Assembly (NCBI GenBank): GCA_035221665.1
Contig: CM069134.1
Location: 89,714,001 to 89,778,000 of the forward strand
DNA: 64,000 bases
DNA from: Okamejei kenojei
Taxonomy: Eukaryota
Direction of reading: 5' to 3'
Position 1 is the stretch's first letter; each line of letters opens with the position of its first letter. A model generated the notes under the pieces. It had not been told where the DNA came from. It saw nothing but the letters and a program-made list of their open reading frames with translations, and did not search any database. A program made the position numbers and the translations under genes. This document shows, one piece after another, positions 1 through 12,130 of the stretch.

Positions 1-1857
1 TCACCCATTATAACGGTTTTACCTTCGTTGCACGTATTTCTAATTTCCTGTTTGATGCCATCCCCAACTCCACTACTACTGTTAGGTGGCTTGTACACAA
101 CACCCACTTGCGTTTTCTGCCCCTTAGTGTTTCGCAGCTCCACCCATATCTATTCCACATCCTCCAAGCTAATGTCATTCCTTTCTATTGCGTTAATCTC
201 CCCTCTAACCAGCAACGCTACCCCACCTCCTTTTCCTCTCTGTCTATCCTTCCTGAATATTGAATATCCCTGGATGTTCAGCTCCCAGCCTTGGTCACCC
301 AGGAGCCATGTCTCCGTGATCCCAACTATATCATAATTATTAATAGCTATCTGCACATTCAACTCATCCACCTTATTACGAATGCTCCTCACATTGAGAC
401 ACAAAGCCTTCAGGCTTGTTTTTACAACACTCTTGGCCCTTTTACAATTATGTTGAAAAGTGGCCTTTTTAGATTTTTGCCCTGGATTTGTTTTCCTGCC
501 ACTTTTCACCTCGCTACCTATTGCTCCTATCCTCATTTTACACCCCTCTGTCTCTCTGCTCACACATTTAAGAAACCCTCCACTTCTTATTCTCCGTTTG
601 TTTTTTTTTTTTCTTCTTTCCTCCCTACGTGTTGCGTCTGACTGCTTCTCTTCTCTGCCTTCTGCCTCACAAACGGACAACTTGCCTTCTCTATTTGAGT
701 CCCTCTCCCCAACAGATTTAGTTTAAAGTCTCCCCAGTAGCCTTTGCAAATCTCCCCGCCAGGATATTGGTTCTCCTCGGGTTAAAGTGCAACCCGTCCT
801 TTTTGTACAGGTCACACCTTCCCCAAAAGAGGTCCCAATGATCCAGAAACTTGAATCTCTGCGCTCTGCACGAGTCCTTTAGCCACGCATTTATCCTCCA
901 CCTTGCTCCATTCCTACTCTCACTGTCGCGTGGCACAGGCAGTAATCCTGAGATTGTTACCTTTGCAGTCCTTCTCCTTAACACTCTTCCTAACTCCCTA
1001 AATTCTCCTTTCAGGACCTCCTCTCTTTTTCTACCTATGTCATTGGTACCTATATGTACCACGACCTCTGGCTCCTCTCCCTCCCATTTCAAGATATCTT
1101 GGTCACGTTCAGTCACATCCCGGACCCTGGCACCAGGGAGGCAAACTACCATCCGGGTCTCCTGACTGCGTCCACAGAATCGCCTATCTGACCCCCTAAC
1201 TATAGAGTCCCCTATTACTGCTGCCCTCCTCTTCTTTTCCTTACCCTTCTGAGCAACAGGGCCAGTCTTTGTACCGGAGGCCCGGTCGCTGTTGCTACCC
1301 CCAGGTAGGCTGTGCCCCCCAACCGTACTCAAACAGGAGTACTTATTGCCAAGGTGTACAGCCACCGGGGTACTCTCTAGTCCCTGCCTCTGCCCCTTGC
1401 CTCTCCTAACCGTGACCCACTTTTCTGCCTCCTGTGGTTTTAGAGTGACCAACTGTCTGTAGCTCCTCTCTATGGCTTCCTCACTCTCCCTGACCAGACG
1501 GAGGTCATCGAGCTGCTGCTCCAGGTACCGAATACGGTCCATTTGGAGCACCATCTTGACGCACCTGGCGCAGATGTGGATGTCTGGAGAGCTGTCTGAC
1601 TGCATGACCTGCCACATCTGACATCCAGAACAGTAAACTGCCCTGGCACTCATCCTCCCCCTTACCCTGGATAAAATACAGTACAATGTACAATACAATG
1701 CAAGGATTTTAGCTGAAAGAAATCAGCAGGGATCTGACTGCCAGTCAGCTGCTCCCTCGAGTCGTCTTCCACCAATCAGCGGCTTCCTCAACTGCGAGCT
1801 GCGAATGGAACGTTACGGATTTGGGCTCCTCCCACTGCAACCGCTCCTGGGACTCTG
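1..1857 (-). mobile_element. CR1 LINE 5' region (probable 5'UTR, ORF1, start of ORF2 endonuclease), running off the window edge
   Basis: APE motifs LCLNVRSIRNK, DIVGITETWL and RKDR..GGGVALLV. In-frame TAG at 150-152 (VE*IWVELRNTKG); the frame continues to position 1. The 5' boundary is approximate. Confidence 0.9.
718..1653 (-). CDS. CR1 ORF1 protein: Cys-rich N-terminus, coiled coil and SGNH/GDSL esterase domain; frame uninterrupted
   Basis: ATG at 1653 (MSARAVYCSGC…HICARC). Esterase blocks VIGDSIVRG, CLPGA, VVVHIGTNDIG and DGLH. Confidence 0.9.
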   Translation of the reverse strand: MSARAVYCSGCQMWQVMQSDSSPDIHICARCVKMVLQMDRIRYLEQQLDDLRLVRESEEAIERSYRQLVTLKPQEAEKWVTVRRGKGQRQGLESTPVAVHLGNKYSCLSTVGGHSLPGGSNSDRASGTKTGPVAQKGKEKKRRAAVIGDSIVRGSDRRFCGRSQETRMVVCLPGARVRDVTERDQDILKWEGEEPEVVVHIGTNDIGRKREEVLKGEFRELGRVLRRRTAKVTISGLLPVPRDSESRNGARWRINAWLKDSCRAQRFKFLDHWDLFWGRCDLYKKDGLHFNPRRTNILAGRFAKATGETLN

Positions 1858-2271
1858 TCTATATATAATCTGTATTATACTCTGTATTATAATCTGTATG
1901 ATTCATACCTTGGTGGAATAGCAGTGATAGTGAGTGTTTGATTCTCTGATGGTAGGACATGCATGTGTGATGGTTAGGAAGTGACTTCAGATTGGTCATG
2001 TTGGAAGTCCCTCACTGAAATAGGAAATGCGTCGGAGGACGCCGTTTGGTGTTGTCAGAGTACCACACATTGCTCCTCCAGAGCCAGTTAAGTGTCAAAA
2101 GACAGCAGACAGGTGGGTACAAATTCCCTTGGAAGTTATTTCACTTTTGGATGTTCTAGGTGCGAATAGCAAGAGTTGGTAAAGACAGCTACAGCTGAGC
2201 AAACTCTATGCTTTTGCCAAATCTCTCAAACAAATCCAAAAGAATTACACCAAGAACGGTCAAGGACGCAA

Positions 2272-2802
2272 GCCGTCTTTCCAGGAGCAGCAGAGGTTCA
2301 CCTGCACCTCCTCGAACCTCATCTATTGCATCCGCTGCTCTAGGTGTCAGCTGCTCTACATCGGTGAGACCAAGCGTAGCCTTGGCAATCGTTTCACCCA
2401 ATATCTCTGCTCAGTCCGCAATAACCAACCTGATCTCCCGGTGGCTCAGCACTTCAACTCCCCCTCCCTTTCAAAATCCGACCTTTCTGTCCTAGGCCTC
2501 CTAGATTGGCCAGAATGAGGCCCACCGTAAATTTGAGGAGCAGCACCTCATATTTCGCTTGGGCAGTTTACACCCCAGTGGTGTGAACATTGATTTCTCC
2601 ATTTTCAGGTAGTCCCAGCTTTCTCCTCCCCTTCCCAGCTATCCCTCAGCCCACTGTCTCCGCCTCTTCTTCTTCCCGCCCCCCCCCCCCCCCCCACCCT
2701 CACATCAGTCTGAAGAAGTGTCTCGACCCGAAATGTCATCTATTTCCTTCGCCCCATAGATGCTGCCTCACCCGCTGAGTTTCTCCAGCATTTTTGTCTA
2801 CC
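2272..2802 (+). mobile_element. Penelope-like element 3' fragment (GIY-YIG endonuclease remnant plus terminal repeat with hammerhead-like core)
   Basis: Translates RFTCTSSNLIYCIRCSRCQLLYIGETKR…PVAQHFNS, followed by CTGAAGAA-gtgt-ctcg-accc-GAAA at about 2710-2733. Confidence 0.85.
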
Positions 2803-3319
2803 AAGAACTGTCCAATGCTTTTTGTATAATACTCCCCTGGTTCTACTGTAGTTGCGCCTGAAGATATATCTTTCTCACACCTCTAATGTCTGCAGAGATA
2901 ACATTGAATTATGTTATATATTCCAATATCTTCCCTTCATCATTACATGTGTTTGGTTTGGTGTGCATAAACTTCATGTTTTTTTTCTGATGTTCAAATA
3001 TTTCCTCTGCAATTACTTGTGGAATGCCGGGCTCTTAGTGACCTGACAAATATTTTTAAGTAGCTGTGAAATTGTCTTTGAATATTTACAGTTCAGGATA
3101 AATGTTCTTAGCTTTTTGTCAAAATATGATTAATATTCATCAACTTGAATAACATAAAGGGCAGGTCGGTGCTGTTTTTTTAAAAAACAAAAGCTATTTC
3201 CACATATTGGGATGAATACAGGATAAAGTTTAATTTTGTCTTTTGGCTAAAAGTCTGTGGGAATTAAATAAATGCTTACACTGCTAAGGATAATCAGAAA
3301 TGAATGTTTGTTTTTCAAG

Positions 3320-3414
3320 GTTCATGTTTCATTCGTACTGATCAACTGGATGGTGAAACTGACTGGAAGCTAAGGATAGCTGTTTGTTGTACACAGAGGT
3401 TGCCAGCATTGGGT
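3320..3414 (+). CDS. ATP9B: ATP9B (class II P4-ATPase phospholipid flippase) internal coding exon containing the actuator-domain DGET motif
   Basis: Acceptor tttttcaAG at 3318-3319 and donor GTaagt at 3415. Phase-1 start; translates (G)[31 protein letters not shown], matching my recollection of vertebrate ATP9B ([32 protein letters not shown]). Confidence 0.95.
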
Positions 3415-3429
3415 GTAAGTATAATGCTT

Positions 3430-3762
3430 ACGTTGGTGGCGGTGGGGCCTCGCGGTCGATGTGCGTGAGGGGGAAGGGGAAGACAATGGGGACCGCCGTG
3501 AGGAACGGTGGGAGAACAAAGGGGGACCCAGTGTGGGGGGGGGGGGGGGCACTCTGGTTAAGAATCCTCTGCCAGGGGATAAGTCTGTGTTTGCTTGTTC
3601 ATTTGCTCCGGTGAAGGCGCTGTGCACACGGCAGCCAGCCAACAGTCACTTATCTTTTTCTTTTAGTTTTCACTTTTAATTTCAAGTTTTTGTGTACCTT
3701 GTGTGTTGTGACTGTCGGCAGACCAATTTCACTTCGGCGATGTATAAAGTGTATCGTATCGT
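3430..3762 (+). mobile_element. Non-LTR retro-element 3' fragment (GC-rich body, LINE-type tail ending in (TATCG)n)
   Basis: GC-rich insert in AT-rich DNA ending ataaagtgtatcgtatcgt; family not resolved. Confidence 0.55.
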
Positions 3763-3970
3763 TTCCCAAATGCTTAATTTATTTTGTACTGCTCCTCCTA
3801 ACGTGCTTTTTTTGTACGAGACTAAGGCACAATAGTTTTATGAAAATCGAGTTACCTTCAGTTTTGTTCCAATGTCCCAAAATTGTGGATTGAACAGGTT
3901 TAGAGCTTGCTGTTAAGTGCATACTCGTCATATCTGTCCCAAGTGTGCTGCAGTATTGAAGTGTTAATTC

Positions 3971-5255
3971 TGCCAGGACATTAAAATTGAGTAAAGGCTT
4001 CTGTGCTGTTAGGCCATTTTGGTCAATTTTTAAATGTGCCTTTTGCAGAACTGGGACAAGCTGCTGAATGGTGCCAGTTTGTCTGCGGCCTAGATAAGAG
4101 CTGCAGGGAAATAATGGAACATCTGCAGATTCTTACAATTAGGTGTAAATTGCATGGAATGGATTGGGTGAATGCAAACCAGACATACACATTGTAAATA
4201 ATGTTGCTAAGTTTTCTTTTGCTAGTTGTTGATTGGATTAAGTGTTGAGCCTAGTCTGGGTTTCTTGAATATCTAGGCACATGTTGCATAATTCATCTGT
4301 GTTAACCTCCATCTAGAAACTTCGTCAGATACATTGTATTAGTTGAGAGCCTGTCCTTCTGCGGGGACCTAATTTGCGAGTTTAGGAGAGTTTTAAAAAG
4401 TGTCATGGCCGCGTTGTATCGCCGAAGTAGAACACCTCCTACGACCTCCTTCGATCTCCCTCGATCTCCTTCGACAATGTAGAAGATTAGCTTTGACTAT
4501 CTTTGGGAAAATTGAACACGGAATAGTGGAGAGTGAAGACGATCACCTTTGACTACCTTCAACTATACTAACACAATCTACGACCACCTTCGACTACCTA
4601 CGAATTACATGCCGACCTACTAGGGCCTACTTCGGCTAAACTTACGAGTAAAAAAAATATAGATTTTCTTCCACGCCAATCTTCTTTTACTCGCGGACAA
4701 TTTTCAGCATGCCAAAAAAAACTCCTCGACCAAACTGAGGCCTTGAGTATGCGGGGACTACTCTCGAGCATGAAGGAGAGTTACATAGACCTCCTAGGAC
4801 CACATGTTGACCATGCTGTGAGTATGAGTCGAGGATAAACTCGTCTAAACTTGCAAATTAGGTTCCCGCAGTAAAGAGAAAGGCCCTTTACTGTGTTATT
4901 GGGTTAGGGAACTGTCTATCATGTACTGTGTTAAAATATATTTGTTATTGGACTGTATAGAGACCACCCCCATATGGTTCGGCCCCTCAAGGTTCAGGGA
5001 CCTATAAAAGGGAGTTCCCACGAGGTCCGATGTCGATATTCTGGAAGAACGCTTGGGACTGCATGACCATTTGGAGTGTCTCTGCTTGCACGAGGCTAGA
5101 ATGGCTTGACCAATCAGATACATGGATCGAACCCGCGGTGGTTAGGTATAGTGGAGAACTGCTATTGTGTTTTCCAAAATAAAGTTTAGTTGTGCAAGTG
5201 CTTGACTCAGTATTTTATTGACTGAAACTAGGGAGCTTAGAATGAGCTATTTACA
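3971..5255 (+). mobile_element. Solo-LTR-like repeat, copy 1, interrupted by a MITE
   Basis: Aligns by eye along its length with 58793-59508. TATA-like ctataaaag at about 5002, AATAAA at about 5178, ends tatttaCA. The 5' end is uncertain. Confidence 0.7.
4346..4887. mobile_element. PIF/Harbinger-type MITE
   Basis: Imperfect TIRs gcctgtccttctgcggggacctaatttgcgagtttag … ctaaacttgcaaattaggttcccgcag…aggccc followed by TTA. Absent from the second LTR-like copy. Confidence 0.7.
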
Positions 5256-6340
5256 GAAGTAGTCGAACAAGTGTCTGCTTAGCAGTGCTTAGACATTGTT
5301 GCAGATGTTGCTGTGTATTCGGGGAAAAAGAGCAGCCCACATCTTGAGGAGTGATGACAGTGAAACCATTAGCACTCACTGCCCAATGAAACTTCCATGC
5401 ATGTGAATGTGGGAAACTTGGAAGTCCATGACAGTCATTCAGTAGCGGGGTATGCTCCTCATGGAGACACGTGTGGGGGAGAAAACTGAGAAGTCTCCAC
5501 TGGCATCACAGATTTCTGTTCTAGGTCCAAGGCAATACAAGCAGCATTCATCCATTAAATTAAATAAAAATGAACTTCTTGAGCAACAAATAAGATTTGA
5601 TTTGTAAGTGCACCTTTAAATATTATTTTCTTTGAAGTCACAAATGGCCTTTTAGTTTGGGTAATTAAGATTTTGGGATTTTTCCAATATTCTTTTGTGT
5701 TTTAATGACTTTGCAACATTTGAGTTGTATATTTTTGTTTTTGAATCTTGCAAACGTTGCTTTTTCTCTAAGCTTTTCAATAATGAATTATTTTAACAGT
5801 TGTTAGTTTTTCTCAGTTTGAGCTGGGTATCCTTTAGTTACTCGGCAGTGTGCACCTTCCAATGTGAAGCTCCATGCCATAAAGAATTCTACCAAGTTAT
5901 ACAGGCATGATTGCCCAGGGCAAATTAATGTTTTATTTTATTTCCAAGGTCAGGAGGGAGCTAATCATGCTAACTATTGATTACAAAATTCACCCCAATT
6001 TTACTGCACCCTTGAGTACAAATGGCCCACCATTAGTTTGTACATAAGCATCAGTATTGCCAATGGAACAATGACTAAAACACTTAACCCCACAGAGCTC
6101 TGCAAGGGAGGGGGGAAAACATGACCTACTTTTAGGGAATTGGATGGGGCAAGTGACTGAAATGTCAGTGAGCAAGCCTTTTGGGACAAGCGACCGCAGT
6201 TCTATTAGCTTTAAAGTAGTTATTGAAAAGGACACAGCTGATCTACAACTTGAAATTATAATTTGGGACAAGGCTGACTTCATGGTATTAGATAAACTTG
6301 CAAAGGTTGATTGGAGTAACTTGTTTGCAGGCAAAATTAC

Positions 6341-9300
6341 CCAGCAGTTTGTTGTGTACTTTATATTGTATCCTGTGTAAGGGGGGCAGTATGAAGGCCA
6401 GGGCAGTGTACTGTTCTGGATGTCAGATGTGGGAGGTCAGGGAATCTGATAGCCCTCCAGACATCCACATCTGCGCCAGGTGTGTTGAGATGGGGCTCCT
6501 AAAGGACTGTAATAGGAACCTGGAGCAGCATCTCGATGACCTCTGTCTCCTCAGGGAGAGTGAGGAGGTAATAGAGAGGAGCTACAGGGAGGTAGTCACT
6601 CCCAGACCACAGGAGGCAGACAAGTGGGTCACGGTTAGGAAGGGCAAGGGGCAGAGGCAGGGGCTAGAGAGTACCCCTGTGACCGTACACCTGGAAAATA
6701 GGGTACTCAGGGGTTTGAAGTACGATTGGAGGGGACAGCCTAGCTGGGGGCACCAACAGCGGCCGGGCCTGGCCTGGGCACAGGGAGATCCTGGGCCCTG
6801 ATGCTGCAAAAGGGACCAATATCCTGGCAAAAAGGACTGGGAGACTTTAAACTAGAAAGGCAATCGGGTAGAGGGGGCTAAGGGTGTGGGGCAAGAGGCA
6901 GAGAAGGGGCACTCGGATCCAAAATGTAGGCGAGAAAGATGAAAAAGATAATAGACAGAGAATAAGGGATGGTGGGTTTCGGTGTATATTTTAATGCTCG
7001 ACGAACTTAGAGCCTGGATTGACACCTGGAATATGATGTTGTGGCAATCAGTGAAACTGTGCAGGAGGGCTGTGATTGGAAACTAAATATTCCAGGATTT
7101 CGTTGCTTCAGGAGACCAGAGACATTGCTTGTCGAAGATATTACAGCAGCTTGTAGATAGATTAGAGGGCTCGTCTAGGGAGGCTATTTGGGTGGAACTG
7201 AGAAGTGGGAACGGTGTAGCAACACTTTTAGGGGTGTATTATAGACCGCCAAATGGGGAGCGTGAATTGGAAGAGCAAATATGTAAGGAGATAGCAGAGT
7301 AGTAAGCACAAGGTATGATTGTGGGAGATTTCAATTTGCCAAAAATAGACTGGGAAACACATTCTGTAAATGGGCTGGATGGTTTGGAGTTTGTAAAATG
7401 TGTGCAGGATAGTTTTTTTGCAGCAGTACATAGAGGTATCGACCAGAGAAGGGGCAGACCTCCTGTTAGGAAATGAGGCAGATCAGGTGACGGAGGTATG
7501 CGTTGGTGAGCACTTTGGGACCAGTGATCACAATACCATTAGTTTCAATATTTTATGGGGAGAGTCAGAACTGGACCTAGGGTGGAGATTTTTGATTGGA
7601 GAAAGGCTAGCTTTGAGGGAATGCGTAAGGATTTTAAAGGAGTGAATTGGGGCACTTTGTTTCATGGGAAGGATGTAGAAGAGAAATGGAGGACATTTAA
7701 AGGGGAAATTAAGAGTAGAATCTTTATGTCCCTGTTAGGTTGAAAGGGGGAAAACAGTTTTAAGAATCTAAGAAAGTAAAAGGCTAAAAGAAGATAGACA
7801 AAGGACGAGGTATAAAATTGGACCATTAGAGAACCAGAATGGACAGCTATCTGCAGAGCCAAAAGAGATGGGGGAGATATTGAACAATTTATTTTCTTCG
7901 GTATTCACAAGGAGAAGGATATTGAACTCGGTGAGTTAAGGGGAAAAAGTAGAGTAGCTATGGAAACTATGAGATTCAAAGAGGAGGAAGTACTGACACT
8001 TTTGAAAAATATAAAAGTGGATAAGTCCAGGTCCTGACAGGATATTCCCTAGAACATTGAGGGAAGTTAGTGTAGAAATAGCAGAGCTATGACAGAAATA
8101 TTTCAAATGTCATAGAAACGGGATAATGTTGTTCCTAAAAAGGGTTCAAAGAATAACCTAGCAATTATAGACCTATTAGTTTGACGTCAGTAGGCAAATT
8201 AATGGAAAGGATACTTAGAGATAATATATATAAGCATCTGGATAAACAGGGTCTGATCAGGAACAGTCAACAACTGGAAGGTCCTGTTTGACAAACCTTC
8301 TTGAATTCTTTGAAGTGGTAACTAGGGAAAAATTGATGAGGGTAAAGCAGTGGATGTTGTCTATATGGATTTCAGTAAGGCCTTTGACAAGGTTCCCCAT
8401 GGAAGGTTGGTTAAGAAGGTTCAATCTTTGGGTGTTAATGGCGGAGTAGCAAGATGGATTCAACAGTGGCTGAATGGGAGATGTCAGAGAGTAATGGTGG
8501 ATGGCTGTTTGTCAGGTTGGAAACCGGTGACCAGTAGGGTGCCTCAGGGATCTGTGTTGGGTCCACTGTTGTTTGTCATGTACATCAATGATCTGGATGA
8601 TGGGGTGGAAAATTGGATAAGTAAGTATGCAGATGATACTAAGATAGGTGGTGTTGTGGATAATGAAGTAGTTTTTCAAAGTCTACAGAGAGATTTGGGC
8701 CATTTGGAAAAGTGGGCTGAAAGATGGCAGATGGAGTTTAATGCTGATAAGTGTGAAGTGCTACATCTTGGCAGGACAAATCAAAATAGGATGTACATGG
8801 TAAATGGTAGGGAATTGAGGAATGCTGTGGAACAGAGGGATCTAGGAATAACTGTGCATAGTTCCCTGAAGGTGGAATCGCATGTAGATAGGGTGGTAAA
8901 GAAAGCCTTTGGTGTGCTGGCCTTTATAAATCAGAGCATTGAATATAGGAGTAGGGAAGTAATGTTAAAATTGTACAAGGCATTGGTAAGACCAATTCTG
9001 GAGTATGGTGTACAATTTTGGTCGCCTAGTTATAGGAAGGATGTCAACAAAATAGAGAGAGTACAGAGGAGATTTACTAGAATGTTGCCAGGGTTCCAGC
9101 AACTATGTTACAGAGAAAGGTTGAACAAGTTAGGTCTTTATTCTTTGGAGCGCAGAAGGTTAAGGGGGGACTTGATTGAGGTCTTTAAAATGATGAAAGG
9201 GATAGATAGAGTTGACGTGGATACGTTTTTCCCATTGAGGGTAGGGAAGATTCAAACAAGAGGGCATGACATGAGAATTAAGGGACAGAGGTTTCGGGGT

Positions 9301-9550
9301 AACGTGAGGGGGAACTTCTTTACTCAGAGGGTGGTGGCTGTGTGGAATCAGCTTCCAGCAGAAGTGGTGGAGGCAGGATCGATTTTAACATTTAAGAGTA
9401 AAGTGGATAGGTATATGGATGTGAAGGGAATGGAGGGGTATGGTCTGAGTGCAGGTAGATGGGACTAGGGGAAAACAAATGGTCGGCACGGACTGGAAGG
9501 GCCGAGAGGGCCTGTTTCCGTGCTGTAATTGTTATATGGTTATATGGTTA
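6341..9550 (+). mobile_element. Near full-length CR1 LINE: ORF1 with esterase largely deleted, frameshifted endonuclease, intact RT C-terminal half, 3'UTR with (TTATATGG)n tail
   Basis: ORF1 MKARAVYCSGCQMW… at 6391; endonuclease remnants 6980-7550; RT ORF 8350-9468; tail gtaattgttatatggttatatgg. Confidence 0.9.
8350..9468 (+). pseudogene. CR1 ORF2 reverse transcriptase, open C-terminal 372 codons
   Basis: DVVYMDFSKAFDKVPH, VPQGSVLGPLLF, YINDL, KYADDTK, LVRPILEY and the CR1 C-terminus AGRWD. Confidence 0.93.
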
Positions 9551-9754
9551 CATCTGGAATGCGGGATACTTTTGAAATATCTTGGTGAGAGTTCAAGATA
9601 TGCATGTTCCTGTTAGAGTAAAGGGATCGGATTGTGAGGGATAATATATACACTCATTTGGAAAGACATGGTTTGACTATGAATAGTCACCTTGGCTTTT
9701 TGCATGGGTAGTCGTGTCTCACAATGTTGCATGGGTTTTTTGAAGTATCCAAAT

Positions 9755-11585
9755 TTGAAGTATTCCCTGCAAACCCATGTGCCTATCCAAGGGTATTTTA
9801 AATGTCACTATTATATCTGCCTCGACCACCATTTTAGCAGCGTGTTCCAGGCACTCACCACCTTCTGTGTAAAAATAAATACATAGTCACTTGCCCCGCA
9901 GTTGCATCTCCATTAAACATTGACCCTCTCACCTTAAAGCTATGCCTGCTAGCATTTTATTTTTCCATCTTGGGGGAGGGGGGGGGGGGGGGGGGGGAGG
10001 GGGACGTTCTGAATGTCTGTTATCTATGAAAATATGCCTCATAATTTTAAACACTTCTATCACACTGATGGTAGTCTGAGCGCTTCATTGCACAAATTTG
10101 TTTTCCAATATGCCCTATAGCATAGCATCAGTCTTCTTCAATCAAAGCACTCCGGCTCGAGTATGGTGTAGGTCGTTGCCCCAGGTTACCTCCTGGAAAC
10201 TAGGCTAAAAGATCTATATGGCATCCATTCTATCGACCAGATTGCTTGCAGCAACTCATGACCATTGCAGGAGCTCCCGGGATGCGCTGCAGGGCTGGAA
10301 AAAGGAAGGCCCCAGCGGGCACGCCCAACACGTATGACAGCAGACCTGGCTAGCCGCCGCAAAGAAAGATCCGGCAGGCCATGGCCTACTGGGAGGATGC
10401 TTGATAACCGCTGAGCTCGGCCCCGAAGACTGAAGAGTCGAGGTGGAGGGAGCAACTGGCAACGACAGACACAAGGAGTAGGCCAATAAGAGAGGGACTG
10501 TGGTATTGTCTCCAGCACCATCAAGGTTGGCTGCTCGGAGGCATCCCTGCGGCACAGAAGCAGTCAGGTGAGGAGAGGGGCATTGACTCGAGGACAATAG
10601 AGGAGGCCATGCCGCAGCCCAGGACTTGTCTGGATCAGGAACCGCTCCACTACATCGAGCACGTGGATCAGACTTTGGACTTTTTGTAAATGGCACCAAA
10701 ATATGGCAATTTGTGCATGTGTGATCTATGTAATAATAATTTAATGTGCAGTATACACGTGACAATAAACCACCACTGAGCCATTAGAAGTATCCCTGCA
10801 AACTCCAACATTCTAGCGAAAACAGTTCAAGTCTGTCCAACTACTCCCTGTAACTAATACCCCTAATCCAGGCATCATTCTGGTAAAACCGCCTCTGCTC
10901 CTTTGGGCCAAATGCAGGCAAATAGGACAAACTTAAATGGAGCATCTTGTTTGGCCTAAATGAGTTCACAAGATCATGTTATAGTAGTACACTCGGTGGG
11001 CCAAATGGCCTAATGCTACTAATCCCTGCCTTCTCCCCATTCCATTCTAAATCAAGAATTTGTCTATCTCTGGCTTAAAAATATCCACTGACATAGCCTC
11101 CACAGCCCTCTGTAGTAGAGTTCCACAGATTAACTGCCCTCTAACTAAAGAAGTTCCTCCTCACTTCCTTTCTAAAAGAGTGCCCTTTAATTATGAGGCT
11201 ATGACCTCTGTTCCCAGACTCTCCCACCAGTGGAAACTCCCTTTCCACATTCACTATGCCATTCATTATTCTGTAAGTTTCAATGATGTACCCCTCACCC
11301 TTCTAAACTCCAGCGAGTAGAGGTCCAGTGCTGTCAAGTGCTCATCATATGCTAACCCATTCATTCCTGGAATCAATTTTGTAAACCACCTCTGGACACT
11401 CTCCAGAGCCAGCACATCCTGCCTCAGATATGGGGCCCAAATCTGCTCAGTACTCCCAATGCGCCCTGACCATCACCTTATAGAGCCTCAACATTACATC
11501 TCTGTTTTTGTATTCCAGTCCTTTTGATATAAATGCTAGCATTGAATCAGCCTTCCTTACTACCGATTCGACTTGCAAGTTAAAT
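9755..11585 (-). mobile_element. Cluster of degraded CR1 3' fragments (about 9755-10060, 10790-10900, 11020-11585)
   Basis: Reverse complement resembles the CR1 ORF2 C-terminus and 3'UTR seen elsewhere in this window. Confidence 0.7.
10062..10790 (+). mobile_element. Unclassified GC-rich insertion with LINE-like 3' tail (…cacgtgacaataaa)
   Basis: Interrupts a CR1 fragment. The tail motif tgacaataaa is shared with Rex1-type tails in this window. No recognisable ORF. Confidence 0.5.
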
Positions 11586-11879
11586 TGGGCTGAAGCCGCT
11601 TTCTGTACTGTATTACTTTGACGAGACCTTGAAATTATTTAACTTCTGTGGTGAGAGATGGTGTGCATAAATGTTAACATCCATACTAATCTAGGAACAA
11701 GTAGAATCATCTTGCCTGTATTCTGAACTAAAGATTCCTAATAAAAAGAAATGTGGCCTACTGCTTGGAGATGGAGGAAACAGCATCAGGTTTTAAGGTG
11801 TTGGACGGTATGATATTCGGAGCAAATGATCAATCAATGTACAGTAATGGAGGAATGTGGTAACATCTTGTTCAGCACA

Positions 11880-12130
11880 TCAAAATGTAGTGAAACATCC
11901 CAGGGCAGTTTATGGTAGTAGTATCATGCAAAACCTCAGAGGGCTACAGAAGGTATTAGGAAAGTTTGAAGGAGGTGCTTTTAAATTATTAAATTAAAGA
12001 AAGCTTTAAGGAAGGTGTTATGGTGAAGTTGAGAGGGAGAACACCACAGCTTGGGTCCTTGTCAGCTGAAGGCATATCTGCCACTGGCAGAGCAATTAAA
12101 TTCAGGAGTGATCAAATCAAGAACCGAATG
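11880..12130 (-). mobile_element. Old L2-like LINE 3' fragment
   Basis: Degenerate ccacagcttgggtccttgtcagctgaaggca…gagcaattaaattcaggag resembles antisense L2 3' ends; recognised by eye only. Confidence 0.4.

Larger units (their letters stand above)
6110..9748 (+). mobile_element. Older CR1 ORF2 fragment (6110-6340 and 9551-9748) split by a younger CR1
   Basis: Left part GQVTEMSVSKPFGTSDRSSISF…VDWSNLFAGK; degenerate CR1 ORF2 resumes after 9550. ttac occurs at both junctions. Confidence 0.65.
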
